Assembly: GCA_963842525.1 (NCBI GenBank)
Contig: CAWJGT010000009.1
Coordinates: 1,472,001-1,536,000 of the forward strand
Source: an uncultured Holophagales bacterium
Lineage (GTDB): Bacteria > Acidobacteriota > Thermoanaerobaculia > Multivoradales > UBA5704
DNA length: 64,000 nt
Direction: 5' to 3'
Under the pieces are notes generated by a model. It did no database searches. It was given only the letters and a program-made list of their open reading frames with translations, and was not told where the DNA came from. Within the stretch, counting starts at the first letter, position 1, and the number at the start of each line of letters is the position of its first letter. The position numbers and the translations under genes were made by a program. Of the stretch, positions 14,011 to 24,227 are shown piece after piece.

Positions 14011-14208
14011 CCGGATCGGGAATAAACGATCCTGCCAAGGGCTTCCCCTCACGCTTAATTTTCTTTTTTCAAATTGGCGGGTTTCCGAGAGATTTCGCGT
14101 ATGGCGTCGTTGAGGAGGACGGATGCCGGCGGTGGGCCGGTTTCCCGTGCTCCGGGACCTTGAACCAGAGTGGCGCCGGTTGGTCCGGCGCCTGGAGGTA
14201 CCGACGTC

Positions 14209-17013
14209 ATGTTGTTCAGAAAGTCTTTTGTCATCCTGATCCCGATTCTCTCCTTCTTCATACTGACCGGGCGGGCGGCGGCTGTTGCGCCGTCCACCCA
14301 GAGTGCTGATCTTGTCGCGTGGACCACTACGACCGTGGCGAACCTGCCCGGCGAGAATTCCAACGGCTTCGACGACCCGACCACCCAGGAGATCTCCGAC
14401 TTCCAGGACGCCGTCGAGGCTCTCCTCGACGAGGACTGGTCCAATGCCAACGACCTGGCGGCCGTGGTGGGCTACGAGGTGGTTGCATTCACCGATACCG
14501 GCAATGGCAATGAGGTCCTCTATGGCCTCTTCCCCAACAGCACCAACGACGACGGCCGGGGCTACTTCGTCGTGCGTCCCAACAGCCAGGTCCTGCGCCA
14601 TCTGGTTCTCCAGGCGCCTCATCCGATCAACGACCAGCGCTCGGCCGTGCTGGCCAGCGAGATCTTTCGCGCCAGCGGCGCCCGCGCATTCTTCTTCGCC
14701 GGTGCCCACCGTTGCGCCAACCTGGGCACGCCCAGCGGCTGCCCGGGCACGAGCGACGCCTGCGACGGGGTGACAACCTATCGCATTTCCGACATGGCCC
14801 ACTCCGTGGTCACCTTCTTCGAGGCGTTCAACGAGCTGGTCAGCCAGGAGGACGACGACACCGTTTCCCTCCAGCTTCACGGCTTCAGCGCCGACGAGAC
14901 GGGCGACCCCGAGTTCTCCATCAGCGACGGCACCACAACCGACACATCCTCTCCGTTCTCTCTTTCGAACGCCTTCGCCGCCGAGCTCGAAGACCGGATG
15001 GAGGCTGCCGTGGGCGGCACTCCCGCGCGGCCCGGCAACTCCTGCAACCGCTCGGGGGATGATAATTTCAAGTGCGGCACCAACAGCATCCAGGGCCGGT
15101 TCATCAACGGCTCGACCAATCTGTGCAACAACGACGCTCCGTCGGCGAGCACGGATCAGCGCTTTCTCCATCTGGAGATGAGCTCCGACCTGCGTCACCC
15201 GGGCGGCGTCTATTCCCAGATGCTCCTCGTCGAGACGGTCAACGCCGTCATCCCTGTCCAGGCCGAGATCGGCGACCGGGTGTGGGCCGACCTCGACCAG
15301 GACGGCCTCCAGGACGCCGGGGAGCCCGGTGTGGACGGGGTGACCGTGGAGCTCTACGACGACAGCAACAACCTCCTTGCTTCCCGTACGACCAGCGTCG
15401 GCAGCTACCTCTTCAGCAACCTGGACGAGGGCGACTACCGGGTGAAGGTCGTAACGCCCTCGGGCTACAGCATCACAACCCAGAACGCCGGGGGCGACGA
15501 TGCCGCGGACAGCGACATCGCCACCTCGGACGGCCGCACGGCCTCGCTCAGCTTGGACCAGGGCGAGAGCCGCCTCGACGTGGACGCCGGACTGGTCCCG
15601 CCGGGAGTGGGGCAGATCGGTGACCTGGTCTGGGAGGATGAGAACGAGAACGGCCTGCAGGATGGGGGCGAGCCCGGCATCGGCGGCGTCACCCTCCGCC
15701 TGCTGACGGCGAGCAGTGTCGAGGTGGCGTCCACCACCACCGCCAGCAACGGCTCCTGCTCCTTCACCAACGTCCTGCCAGGCAGCTACAAGCTGCGGCT
15801 GGAGGCTCCGGGCTGGAACGCTACGGAGCAGGTCGGGGGCTTCCCGAATCTCGACAGCGACATCGTGCCGCTGACCGGCGAGACGGCCGCCTTCAGCGTG
15901 ACCGCCAGCTCCACGGACTCGTCGCGGGACGTCGGCCTCGTGGCCCAGTGCCTCGACGTTTCCCTGGTTCCTTTCAATTCCGTCTGGAGGTTCCTCGGCA
16001 CTGGAGACACCTGGACCAGCCAGTGGAACCAGGCGAGCTTCAACGACACGGGCTGGGACACCGGCTTCGGGCCTTTCGGCTATGGCACCAGCTCCGTCTA
16101 CACCACGGTCCCCCAACCTGTCTCGCCGAGCGTCACGATGTACTTCCGCCTGGCCTTCCAGGTGGACGACCCGACCCTCTTCGAGGGGCTGGCCCTGGAG
16201 CTCGTCCGGGACGACGGTGCGGTGGTCTACCTGAACGGCACCGAGGTGTACCGCAACAACATGCCGGCGGGCGCCGTCACCAACAGCACCAAGGCCAGCG
16301 GCAGCTCCAGCGCCACGGTGACAGCCACGATCGCGGCCACCCATCTGGTCAGCGGCACCAACATCCTGGCCGTGGAGGTCCACGACCGCGGCAACGACTC
16401 GTCGCCGGACGGCAAATTCGAGCTGCGGCTCCGGGCCACCGTGTGCAACCCCTGCCGGGTGCGCCAGGTGGACCTCACCCAGGCGAGGGTTGCCGACATC
16501 CGCCAGGCGGACCCGGACGATCAGCACGGGGCACGCAGCACCTTCTGGATCGACGGCGACAACGGGGCGGTGCGCAACGCCCTCCTGGCCTGGCAGCTCG
16601 GGGCCATCCCGGCCAACGCCGAGGTGCTCCATGCGGAGATCCGCGTCCAGGTGGACGATGACAGCTCGGCCTATGTGCCGCTGTACCAGGTGACCCGGGA
16701 GTGGGTGGAGTACGAAGCGACCTGGAACCGGGCCTCGGACGACGAGGCGTGGGGCGCGGCTGGCACCGGCACTTCCGACCGCGGCAGCGACATCATGGGG
16801 CTCCTCCTCCTGCAGTCGACCGGCGCGGGCTCGATCGTCCTGAACCCCGCCGGCCGCGAGCTGATCGAGGACTGGCGGACCGGGACCGTCGACAACAACG
16901 GCTTGGTCGCCACCCGGCCGGGCCAGACCAACGGCCTGGAGATGGAGTCCAATGAAGGCGTCAACCCGCCGGTGCTGCGGGTGATCTACGCGACGCCCTC
17001 CTGCCAGCAGTAG
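14209..17013 (+). CDS. Secreted multidomain protein: putative hydrolase domain + 2 SdrD B-like repeats + beta-sandwich + DNRLRE/CBM-like domain
   Basis: GGAGGT RBS and signal peptide; two copies of IGD.VW.D....GLQD.GEPG..GVT..L; RDDGAVVYLNGTEV; C-terminal W.E..ATWN...W...G. Confidence 0.8.
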   Translation: MLFRKSFVILIPILSFFILTGRAAAVAPSTQSADLVAWTTTTVANLPGENSNGFDDPTTQEISDFQDAVEALLDEDWSNANDLAAVVGYEVVAFTDTGNGNEVLYGLFPNSTNDDGRGYFVVRPNSQVLRHLVLQAPHPINDQRSAVLASEIFRASGARAFFFAGAHRCANLGTPSGCPGTSDACDGVTTYRISDMAHSVVTFFEAFNELVSQEDDDTVSLQLHGFSADETGDPEFSISDGTTTDTSSPFSLSNAFAAELEDRMEAAVGGTPARPGNSCNRSGDDNFKCGTNSIQGRFINGSTNLCNNDAPSASTDQRFLHLEMSSDLRHPGGVYSQMLLVETVNAVIPVQAEIGDRVWADLDQDGLQDAGEPGVDGVTVELYDDSNNLLASRTTSVGSYLFSNLDEGDYRVKVVTPSGYSITTQNAGGDDAADSDIATSDGRTASLSLDQGESRLDVDAGLVPPGVGQIGDLVWEDENENGLQDGGEPGIGGVTLRLLTASSVEVASTTTASNGSCSFTNVLPGSYKLRLEAPGWNATEQVGGFPNLDSDIVPLTGETAAFSVTASSTDSSRDVGLVAQCLDVSLVPFNSVWRFLGTGDTWTSQWNQASFNDTGWDTGFGPFGYGTSSVYTTVPQPVSPSVTMYFRLAFQVDDPTLFEGLALELVRDDGAVVYLNGTEVYRNNMPAGAVTNSTKASGSSSATVTATIAATHLVSGTNILAVEVHDRGNDSSPDGKFELRLRATVCNPCRVRQVDLTQARVADIRQADPDDQHGARSTFWIDGDNGAVRNALLAWQLGAIPANAEVLHAEIRVQVDDDSSAYVPLYQVTREWVEYEATWNRASDDEAWGAAGTGTSDRGSDIMGLLLLQSTGAGSIVLNPAGRELIEDWRTGTVDNNGLVATRPGQTNGLEMESNEGVNPPVLRVIYATPSCQQ

Positions 17014-17027
17014 GGCAGGTCGGGCCT

Positions 17028-17075
17028 GCGAGGCGGTCCGGAGGGAAGCTCCCTGCGGACCGCCTCGCCCCTTTT
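17028..17075 (+). terminator. Intrinsic terminator
   Basis: 13-bp stem GCGAGGCGGTCCG/CGGACCGCCTCGC followed by CCCTTTT, between convergent genes. Confidence 0.7.
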
Positions 17076-18687
17076 CACGAATGAACAGCCGGCAGCCGAA
17101 CTTCCAGCCTCGCTCCGCCTCCGGCCCGCTCGCCGGCCGTCACCACGCCGCCATAGCCTTCGGCAATCGCCTTGACAATGGCGAGGCCCAACCCCATGTG
17201 GCCGTTGCGCACCTGACGCCCTCCTGGGCCGGGGCGCCAACTGAAGAAGCGGTCGAAGATGCGCTCGCGGTGCTCCGGCGGGATGCCGGGGCCTTCGTCC
17301 TCGACCGTCACGACCGCGAGGTCCGCATCGGCGGGTTGAAGGGCGACCGTCACCCGTCCACCCGGCGGTGAGAAATCGATCGCATTGTTCAAAAGGTTTT
17401 CGAAGACCTGGGTGAGCCGCTCGGGCGAGGCGGTCACGCGGATCGGATGGGCGGGGGCCTGCAGCTCGATCCGGACCCGATCGCCGGTGCGCAGCCGGAC
17501 GCTGTCGATCACCCGCGGCAGGAGGTCGCGCAGGTCCACCGGGACCACCCCCTCGGACTCGATCGCGGCATCGATCTCCGTAACCTCGCGAACGCCTGAG
17601 AGGAGCCGCTCCATGCGCGCCACCTCGCGCTGGACGATCTCCAGGAAGCGGCGGCGGTCCGCGGGGTCTTCGACCTCGGCGAGCATCTCGGTCGCGCTCC
17701 GCACCGAGGCGAGAGGGTTCTTGAGCTCGTGCGAGAGGTCGGAGGCGAACGACTCGATGAAGCGCAGATGCCCCTGGAGCCGCGCCGTGAGCTGCTCCAG
17801 GGCCCGCGACAGATCACCGATCTCGTCGAGCTTCGCCGAGCCTCGGAACCGGCCCTTCAGCCGGCCGCGGCGGTCGAGCAGGGCGTTGGCCTCGTCGCGC
17901 AGCCGGTGCAGCGGCCGGGCGATGGTTGCCGAGACGAGCAGGCTGAGGATGGAGGCCACGGCGACCGAGGCCACGACCACGCGGAAGATGTCGAGGCGTA
18001 CCTCGTGGAGCGCCCGCAGGATGCGCACGGTCGACTGCGAGACCAGGACCGCGCCCACGACCTGGCCGCCGTTGCGGACCGGGATCGCGCTGTAGAGGGT
18101 CATCGACTGCTCGCCGCTGCCGGTGACGCGGGTGGTGGCGCCGTACCGGCCGGCCAGGGCCGCTCGCACCTCCGGACGGCCGCCGAGGCCCGCCCCTCCG
18201 GGCTCGTCGGGGACCGGCTCGTCTGATCTTACGGAGATGGTTTCGTCGGTGAAGAAACCGAACTTCCGGGCGGTCCGGTAGAGCCACGCCCCCACCCGAT
18301 AGAGCGGGTTCTCGCGGGCCTCGGGGAGAGCGCTCCGGACGCGGTCGTAGGAACTGGAACGGGACACATCCGGCGGCAGGACGGGCCGCGGCGGGACCTG
18401 GCGCGCCGAGTCGGCGAGCACGGCACCGCGGCGGTCGACGATCCGCAGCCGCGACTCCGACCGTCCTTCGAGCCGGCGCAGGAGGTCCTTGGCCGCGCCG
18501 GCTTCGAGCTCGCCCTGTTCGCCCAGGGCCGCGGCCGCGAGCCGGCCCTGCTGCACCATGGCCCGCTCCTGCGCTTCCAGGAGCTCCCCTCATAGACCTC
18601 CAGATAGAGGAAGGCGGCAGCCGGCAGGAAGACCAGCAGCACGTTGAAGAGGAGCAGCCGGATCGAGATGCGGGCGAGGAAGCGCAT
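17075..18687 (-). CDS. CreC/ChvG-like sensor histidine kinase; frameshift in G-run near 18588
   Basis: MRFLARISIRLLLFNVLLVFLP...YLEVYE continues in another frame as ELLEAQERAMVQQGRL. It has a HAMP domain, H-box SHELKNPL, N-box NLLNNA, DEGPG and GLGLAI. Confidence 0.85.
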
Positions 18688-18692
18688 GGCCG

Positions 18693-19406
18693 TCAGTCCC
18701 GCCGGTAGCGGTAGCCGAGGCCGTAGACGGTCTCGATCCCCGAGAAGCCGGGATCGGTCTCCGCGAGCTTCTTGCGCAGCCGCTTGATGTGGCTGTCGAT
18801 CGTGCGGTCGCTGACGTAGGCGTCGTTGGGGTAGCCCTCCTCCAGGAGCTGGGCGCGGGTCTTGACGTGGCCGGGGTGGCGGACCAGGGCATGGAGGAGG
18901 GTGAATTCGGTCACGGTCAACGGCACGGCGGCCCCTTTCCACGAGGCCTGGTAGCGCCGGAGGTCGAGGCGCAGGCTGCCGGCTTCCAGGATCTGCTCGT
19001 CCTCGCCGCCCGCGGGCTCCCGGAGCAGGGCAGCGCGGCGCAGCAGCACCTTGACCCGGGCGGCCAGCTCGCGCATCGAGAACGGCTTGCAGAGGTAGTC
19101 GTCGGCCCCCAGCTCCAGGCCCAGGACGCGGTCGAGCTCCTCGTCGCGCGAGGTGAGGAAGAGGATCGGCAGCCGCTCGGACAGGGCGCGCAGCCGCCGG
19201 CAGAGCTCCAGACCGTCCATCCGCGGCATCAGGATGTCGAGGATCACCAGGTCGGGGAGCACCCGCTCGAAGCTCCGCCAGGCCTCGAGGCCGTCGGCGA
19301 ACAGCTCGACGCGATAGCCGTCGCGGCGCAGGGCGAAGCCGACGGTCTCCCGCAGGCTCTCCTCGTCGTCCACGAGCGCCACCCGGGCGCCGGAAGAGGT
19401 CGTCAT
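18693..19406 (-). CDS. OmpR-family response regulator (CreB/ChvI-like)
   Basis: Motifs LVDDE, LDILMPRMDG, GADDYLCKPF, RTIDSHIKRLRKK and IETVYGLGY. Confidence 0.92.
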   Translation of the reverse strand: MTTSSGARVALVDDEESLRETVGFALRRDGYRVELFADGLEAWRSFERVLPDLVILDILMPRMDGLELCRRLRALSERLPILFLTSRDEELDRVLGLELGADDYLCKPFSMRELAARVKVLLRRAALLREPAGGEDEQILEAGSLRLDLRRYQASWKGAAVPLTVTEFTLLHALVRHPGHVKTRAQLLEEGYPNDAYVSDRTIDSHIKRLRKKLAETDPGFSGIETVYGLGYRYRRD

Positions 19407-19445
19407 GCCCGCAATGTAACGCAAATCCGCGCGGCCGGTGGGAAT

Positions 19446-19467
19446 GCCACGATCTCGCCACAATCCC
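19446..19467 (+). promoter_or_regulatory. 11-bp direct repeat, candidate response-regulator binding site upstream of creD
   Basis: GCCACGATCTC followed by GCCACAATCCC in the divergent intergenic region. Confidence 0.45.
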
Positions 19468-19543
19468 GTGCCGCTTTGCCCCGCATCCGCCCTCTTCGCG
19501 TCCGGCCCGCGGCGTCTACTGGTGCCCGAAGGAGAGAACTACG

Positions 19544-20932
19544 ATGAAGCCGGCAATCGCCGAGAGGCGCCCCCTGAGGAATTCCGTGGTCCTGAAGATG
19601 GTGGTGGTGGGAGTGCTGGTCCTCCTGCTCCTGATCCCCCTTGCCATGGTGCGGGGCCTGATCTCCGAGCGCCAGGCGAGGCGCGAGCAGGTCGCCACCG
19701 AGATCGCGTCGATCTGGGGACAAGCCCAGACCCTCGGCGGGCCTGTCCTGATCGTGCCCTTCCGAGCCCGCCGCACGGACGAGAACGGAAAGAGCGTCAT
19801 CTACAGGGAGCTCGCCTACTTCCTTCCTGAGACGCTGAAGATCGATGGAGAGATCCGGCCTGAGCGCCGGCGCCGGGGGATCTTCGAGGTCGCTGTCTAC
19901 CAGTCGGACCTGCGGGGCACGGCAACCTTCCGGCGCCCGAGCTTCGCCTCGTGGTACGTCTCCGACGGGGAGGTCCTGTGGGATGAAGCGGCCCTGGCCA
20001 TCGGCGTGCCGGACCTGCGGGGTATCCGTAGCGCCGTGCAAATCGCCTGGGCGGGACGGACCCTGCCTCTCACACCCGGGGGAGCGGTCGATGGCCTCTG
20101 GGCGACCGGGCTGAGGACTCCAATCCCCGAGCTGGAGGTGGGGAAGGCGGGAGACATCTACCACCTCGCTTTCGATCTGGCGATCAACGGCAGCAGCGAG
20201 CTGAAGATCCTTCCCTTCGGCCAGCAGACCACGGCGACCCTGCGCTCGAGCTGGCCCGACCCGAGCTTCATCGGAGCCTTCCTACCCAAGTCCCGCGAGG
20301 TCGCGGCGAACGGCTTCGAGGCAGCTTGGAGCGTCCCCTACTTCGGTCGGGGGTACCCGTCGCAGTGGCGGGAGAGCGAGCGGCAGGAGGCGATCAGTGG
20401 CAACGCGGTCGCCGAGTCCGCCTTCGGCGTCGGCCTCTTCCTGCCGGTCGACGCCTACCAGAAGACCGAGCGGTCGGTGAAGTATGGAGCCCTTTTCCTG
20501 CTGCTGACCCTCCTGACCTTCTTCCTCTATGAGGTCTTCAATCCCTTCTCGCTGCATCCGATGCAGTACCTGCTGGTGGGGGCGGCGCTCTGCCTCTTCT
20601 ACCTGCTGCTCCTCTCGATTTCGGAGCATGTGGCCTTCGGCCTCTCGTACGCGATCGCCTCGGCCGCCACCATCGGCCTGATCGCCGGCTACTCGGCGGC
20701 GATCCTGCACGGGCGCCTGCGGGCCCTGGGTACGGCCGGAGCCCTGGCCGCGCTCTACGGCTATCTCTATGTCCTGCTCCAGGCCGAGGACTATGCCCTC
20801 CTGCTCGGCACGCTGGGCCTCTTCGCGATCCTCGCGCTGGTCATGTACGCCACGCGCCGCATCGACTGGTACGCCCCGCGGCCGGGAGCCCGGGAGGGTG
20901 GGGGAGAGGCGGTGCTGTCGCCGGAGGGGTGA
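19544..20932 (+). CDS. creD: Cell envelope integrity inner membrane protein CreD
   Basis: Motifs LI.ERQ.R, WG..QTL.GP.L..P, S.WPDPSF.GAFLP, YQKTERSVKYG, HPMQYLLVG, LLLSISEH and TRRIDWY. Confidence 0.92.
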   Translation: MKPAIAERRPLRNSVVLKMVVVGVLVLLLLIPLAMVRGLISERQARREQVATEIASIWGQAQTLGGPVLIVPFRARRTDENGKSVIYRELAYFLPETLKIDGEIRPERRRRGIFEVAVYQSDLRGTATFRRPSFASWYVSDGEVLWDEAALAIGVPDLRGIRSAVQIAWAGRTLPLTPGGAVDGLWATGLRTPIPELEVGKAGDIYHLAFDLAINGSSELKILPFGQQTTATLRSSWPDPSFIGAFLPKSREVAANGFEAAWSVPYFGRGYPSQWRESERQEAISGNAVAESAFGVGLFLPVDAYQKTERSVKYGALFLLLTLLTFFLYEVFNPFSLHPMQYLLVGAALCLFYLLLLSISEHVAFGLSYAIASAATIGLIAGYSAAILHGRLRALGTAGALAALYGYLYVLLQAEDYALLLGTLGLFAILALVMYATRRIDWYAPRPGAREGGGEAVLSPEG

Positions 20933-20998
20933 GCGGAAGGATCGGGTGGCGGGGCGGCGCTCCGTAGCGCCACCCCTGAATCGAAACCGGCGAGCCTA

Positions 20999-21370
20999 CT
21001 ACTCGCCCTCGGTCTCCTCTTCGCACGCGAGGAGGTCATCGTTGGAGATGACCCAGCCTTCCTGGCCGCTGCAGATGTCGACGTCGGCGACGACGCACTC
21101 GTCGCCGTCCTCGTCGACCAGCTTGATGTCGTAGCTGTCGCAGGGGATGCTGTGGAGCTCAAAGGTGCCGCCGGGCTCGATGACGTCGTCGCCGAGCTGG
21201 TCCGCACCCCACTTCTCGTTCTCCGTGGGCGACAGGAAGAGATGGTGGATCTCCCAGTCGGACTTGTTCTTGAGGACCACCTTGTTGCCAGCGGCCTCGG
21301 CAACGGATGCGAGCAGAGCAGCGGCGCAGACGAGCGCGGTGCAGGCCGAGGCCATGCCAATCTTCTTCAT
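20999..21370 (-). CDS. Small secreted acidic protein (123 aa, 4 Cys in the mature part)
   Basis: AAGGAG RBS; signal peptide MKKIGMASACTALVCAAALLASVAEA; motif N.SDW.I..L.LSP....WG.D.LG. Confidence 0.8.
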   Translation of the reverse strand: MKKIGMASACTALVCAAALLASVAEAAGNKVVLKNKSDWEIHHLFLSPTENEKWGADQLGDDVIEPGGTFELHSIPCDSYDIKLVDEDGDECVVADVDICSGQEGWVISNDDLLACEEETEGE

Positions 21371-21469
21371 TGATTTCTCCTTTTGAAAACCTGGGGACGA
21401 GCGGATCGTACCATAGGGGCGTTCTGCCCGCGGTATAGTGCGCCCCAGCTTCCGAAGGAGAGCCCTGTA

Positions 21470-24157
21470 ATGCGTCAAAACCGTTTCCGCCGCGCCACGC
21501 CTGCCCTGATGATCCTTCTGCTCGCCATGCTCCTCGTCCCGGTTCCGGGGGCCGCCGCCCCTCCCGAAGGAGGGGACGAGGGAGGAAAGACCCTCGCGGA
21601 CACCGTCCGCGGGGCCGAGAAGCTCCCCGGCCTCGTGACCTTCTACCGTGCCCCGGGCAAGCTCTGGCTCGAGGTGCCGCAGGACCTTCTCGGCGACCAG
21701 CTCGGCCTGGCCGTGATCCTGGTCGACGCCGCCGGGGACTGGATGCCGCGCGGGCAGACGTTCGACAACTCCGTGGTCACCTGGGAACGCCAGGGAGACC
21801 GGCTGGTCCTGAAGAAGGACAACCTCGACTTCCGGACTGCCGAGGGCTCGCTCCTGCGTCCGACCGTCGAGGCGACCTTTCCGGCGTCGCCGGTCTTCCT
21901 GGGCGATCTGACGCCGCTGACCGACCGGCCCGCGCCGAACCTGGTGGACGCGAAGAAGCTCTTCAGCCAGGACCTGGCCGCCCTGCTGCCGCCCGAATCC
22001 GGATTCGCGGCCTCGCCCGAGGACTCCACCCTGGTCTCGCTCTCGGCCCTCCCGGACAACGTGGTCGCCCGGGTCTCGTACCGTTTCCGCCGCCAGGAGC
22101 GGGGCGGCGGCGAACAGGGACGCGGGTTCCGCAACGCCCGGGCCAGCCGGCTCGCGGATCCCCGCTTCCTCGAAGCGCTGGTCGAATACCACTTCTTCCG
22201 CCTGCCCGACGACGGCTACCGGCCGCGCAAGGCGGACGAGCGGATCGGTACCTTCGTCGAGTCTTACAAGGACTACACGGACATCGACCGGCGGGACTCC
22301 GCCTTCCGCCATATCTCCGAGCGCTGGGACATCCGCCCGTCGGACCCCTCCAAGCCGGTCTCCCCGGCCGTCGAGCCTGTCACCTTCTACGTCGACCACG
22401 GCGTTCCGGCGGAGTGGCGGCCTCTGGTCCACGAGGCGACGCTCTGGTGGAACCGGGCCTTCGAGAAAGTCGGCATCAGCAACGCCATCCGGGTCCTCGA
22501 CCGGCCGGACGACCCCAAATGGGACCCGGCAGACCTCCATCACTCGGTCATCTGGTGGAACCTGACCGACGACCTGAACTTCTCCGGCATGGCCGGCCCG
22601 AGCATCAGCGACCCGCGCACCGGCAAGGTCCTCAAGGCCAACGTCTGGATCAACGGCGAGTTCCCCTCCTTCGCCCTGCACCGCTACCTGGTCTATGCCT
22701 GGTGGCGGGCGCCGGAGCCGGGGGCCGAGGCGGGCTTTGCCGCCGGGCTGGCCGCGGAGCGCACCGAGGCGCTGCGGCACCTGCGGCGGGACCGGCAGTT
22801 CTGCGACCGTGCGGCCTCGTTCTCCAGCCAGATGGCCTTCGCCCGGCTGGTGCTCCAGTCGCGGGGCATCCTGAAGCCGGGCACGCCGGAGGCTGACCGC
22901 TTCGCCCGCGAGGCCTTCAAGGAGCTGATCGCCCACGAGGTGGGCCACGCCCTCGGCTTCCCGCACAACTGGAAGGCGAGCCTGCTCGCCAGCCGCGAGG
23001 CGGTCGCGTCCGGCAAGCTGACCGGCCGGGCTTCGAGCGGGCTCTTCGCCACCTCGGTGATGGACTACAACCCGATCTATCTCGCCCCCAAGGGCGCTCC
23101 GCAGGGCGACTACTTCCTCCAGGAGGTCGGGCCCTACGACGATCTCGCCATCGAGTACCTCTACCGGCCGTTTCCCAGCCTGTCGCCGGAGCAGGAGGCT
23201 CGCGAGCTCGACAAGATCGCTGCGCGGGCCGAGACCCAGCCCGGCCTGATCTACGACAGCGGCGAGCTCAACGACATCGATCCGACGACGAACTCCGACG
23301 ACTTCGGAGACGACCCGCTCGCCTTCGCCGAAACGCGCCTGAGCATCCTGCGCCACGAGGTGCTGCCGCGCCTGCCCGAGCTGGTCCTGGAGGAGGGGCA
23401 TGACTACAACATCCTCCGGCAGGCCCTCGACTCGGCCATCTTTTCGGTGGCCATGGATTACATCGACATGAGCGCCCGCCAGGTCGGCGGCCAGATCGTC
23501 CTGCGGCGTGTCGCAACCTCCCCGGCCGCGGCAAAGGGCGGACCGCTGCCGGTCACCCCGGTGACCCCGGATATCCAGCGGCGGGCTCTGAAGGTGCTCG
23601 ACGAGCAGGTCTTCGCCGACGGTGCCTTCGCCTTCCCTCCGGAGACGCTGGCCGCGCTCAAGGCCGACCTCCTCTTCGACTGGAACTACCCCTGGCGGTA
23701 TGCGAGCGACTACAACGTCGCGACCCGCATCGCCGGGCTGTACGACTCGGCGATCGGCACCCTGCTCCAGCCGGCCCGCCTGGCCCGGGTGCTCGACAAC
23801 GAGCGCCGCACCCAGGGCAAACCCTTCACCATCCCCGAGCTGTTCGGACACCTGGAGGCCACAGCCTTCGGCGACCTCGGCCCGTCAGCGAAGCTCTCCC
23901 AGGACCGCCGCTCGCTGCAAAGGCTGCTGGTGACGCATCTCACGAAGCTGGCCCTGACTCCCGAGCAGGGCACACCCGCCGAGGCCTCGCAGGTCGCGGC
24001 CTCGACCCTGCGCTCCATCAACCGCAGGATCGGCAAGGCCCTGCCCAAGACCGCGACCAGCGCGATGGACGGCTACACCCGGGCGCATCTGGAGGATCTG
24101 GACGCGCGCATCCGGAGGACGCTGGAAGCGGGGACGGAGGTGCCGGCGGGGAGCTGA
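21470..24157 (+). CDS. Secreted zinc-dependent metalloprotease (metzincin, DUF5117/DUF4953-like)
   Basis: Signal peptide; HEVGHALGFPH; Met-turn SVMDY; YRPR.ADER.G; DPRTG. Confidence 0.88.
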   Translation: MRQNRFRRATPALMILLLAMLLVPVPGAAAPPEGGDEGGKTLADTVRGAEKLPGLVTFYRAPGKLWLEVPQDLLGDQLGLAVILVDAAGDWMPRGQTFDNSVVTWERQGDRLVLKKDNLDFRTAEGSLLRPTVEATFPASPVFLGDLTPLTDRPAPNLVDAKKLFSQDLAALLPPESGFAASPEDSTLVSLSALPDNVVARVSYRFRRQERGGGEQGRGFRNARASRLADPRFLEALVEYHFFRLPDDGYRPRKADERIGTFVESYKDYTDIDRRDSAFRHISERWDIRPSDPSKPVSPAVEPVTFYVDHGVPAEWRPLVHEATLWWNRAFEKVGISNAIRVLDRPDDPKWDPADLHHSVIWWNLTDDLNFSGMAGPSISDPRTGKVLKANVWINGEFPSFALHRYLVYAWWRAPEPGAEAGFAAGLAAERTEALRHLRRDRQFCDRAASFSSQMAFARLVLQSRGILKPGTPEADRFAREAFKELIAHEVGHALGFPHNWKASLLASREAVASGKLTGRASSGLFATSVMDYNPIYLAPKGAPQGDYFLQEVGPYDDLAIEYLYRPFPSLSPEQEARELDKIAARAETQPGLIYDSGELNDIDPTTNSDDFGDDPLAFAETRLSILRHEVLPRLPELVLEEGHDYNILRQALDSAIFSVAMDYIDMSARQVGGQIVLRRVATSPAAAKGGPLPVTPVTPDIQRRALKVLDEQVFADGAFAFPPETLAALKADLLFDWNYPWRYASDYNVATRIAGLYDSAIGTLLQPARLARVLDNERRTQGKPFTIPELFGHLEATAFGDLGPSAKLSQDRRSLQRLLVTHLTKLALTPEQGTPAEASQVAASTLRSINRRIGKALPKTATSAMDGYTRAHLEDLDARIRRTLEAGTEVPAGS

Positions 24158-24227
24158 GCGGGAAAGCCGCAGCCGGCAGCCTTGCGGCCGGACACGTTGC
24201 GGCAGAAGGCTGCGAAGTCCTTTTGAT

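Noticed and set aside
11590-16632. 711-aa plus-strand and 981-aa minus-strand ORFs
   Set aside because: Alternative-frame or antisense shadows of the VWA and SdrD-repeat genes.
21371-23851. Upstream part of the 950-aa minus-strand ORF
   Set aside because: Shadow of the metalloprotease; only the last 123 codons have an RBS and signal peptide.
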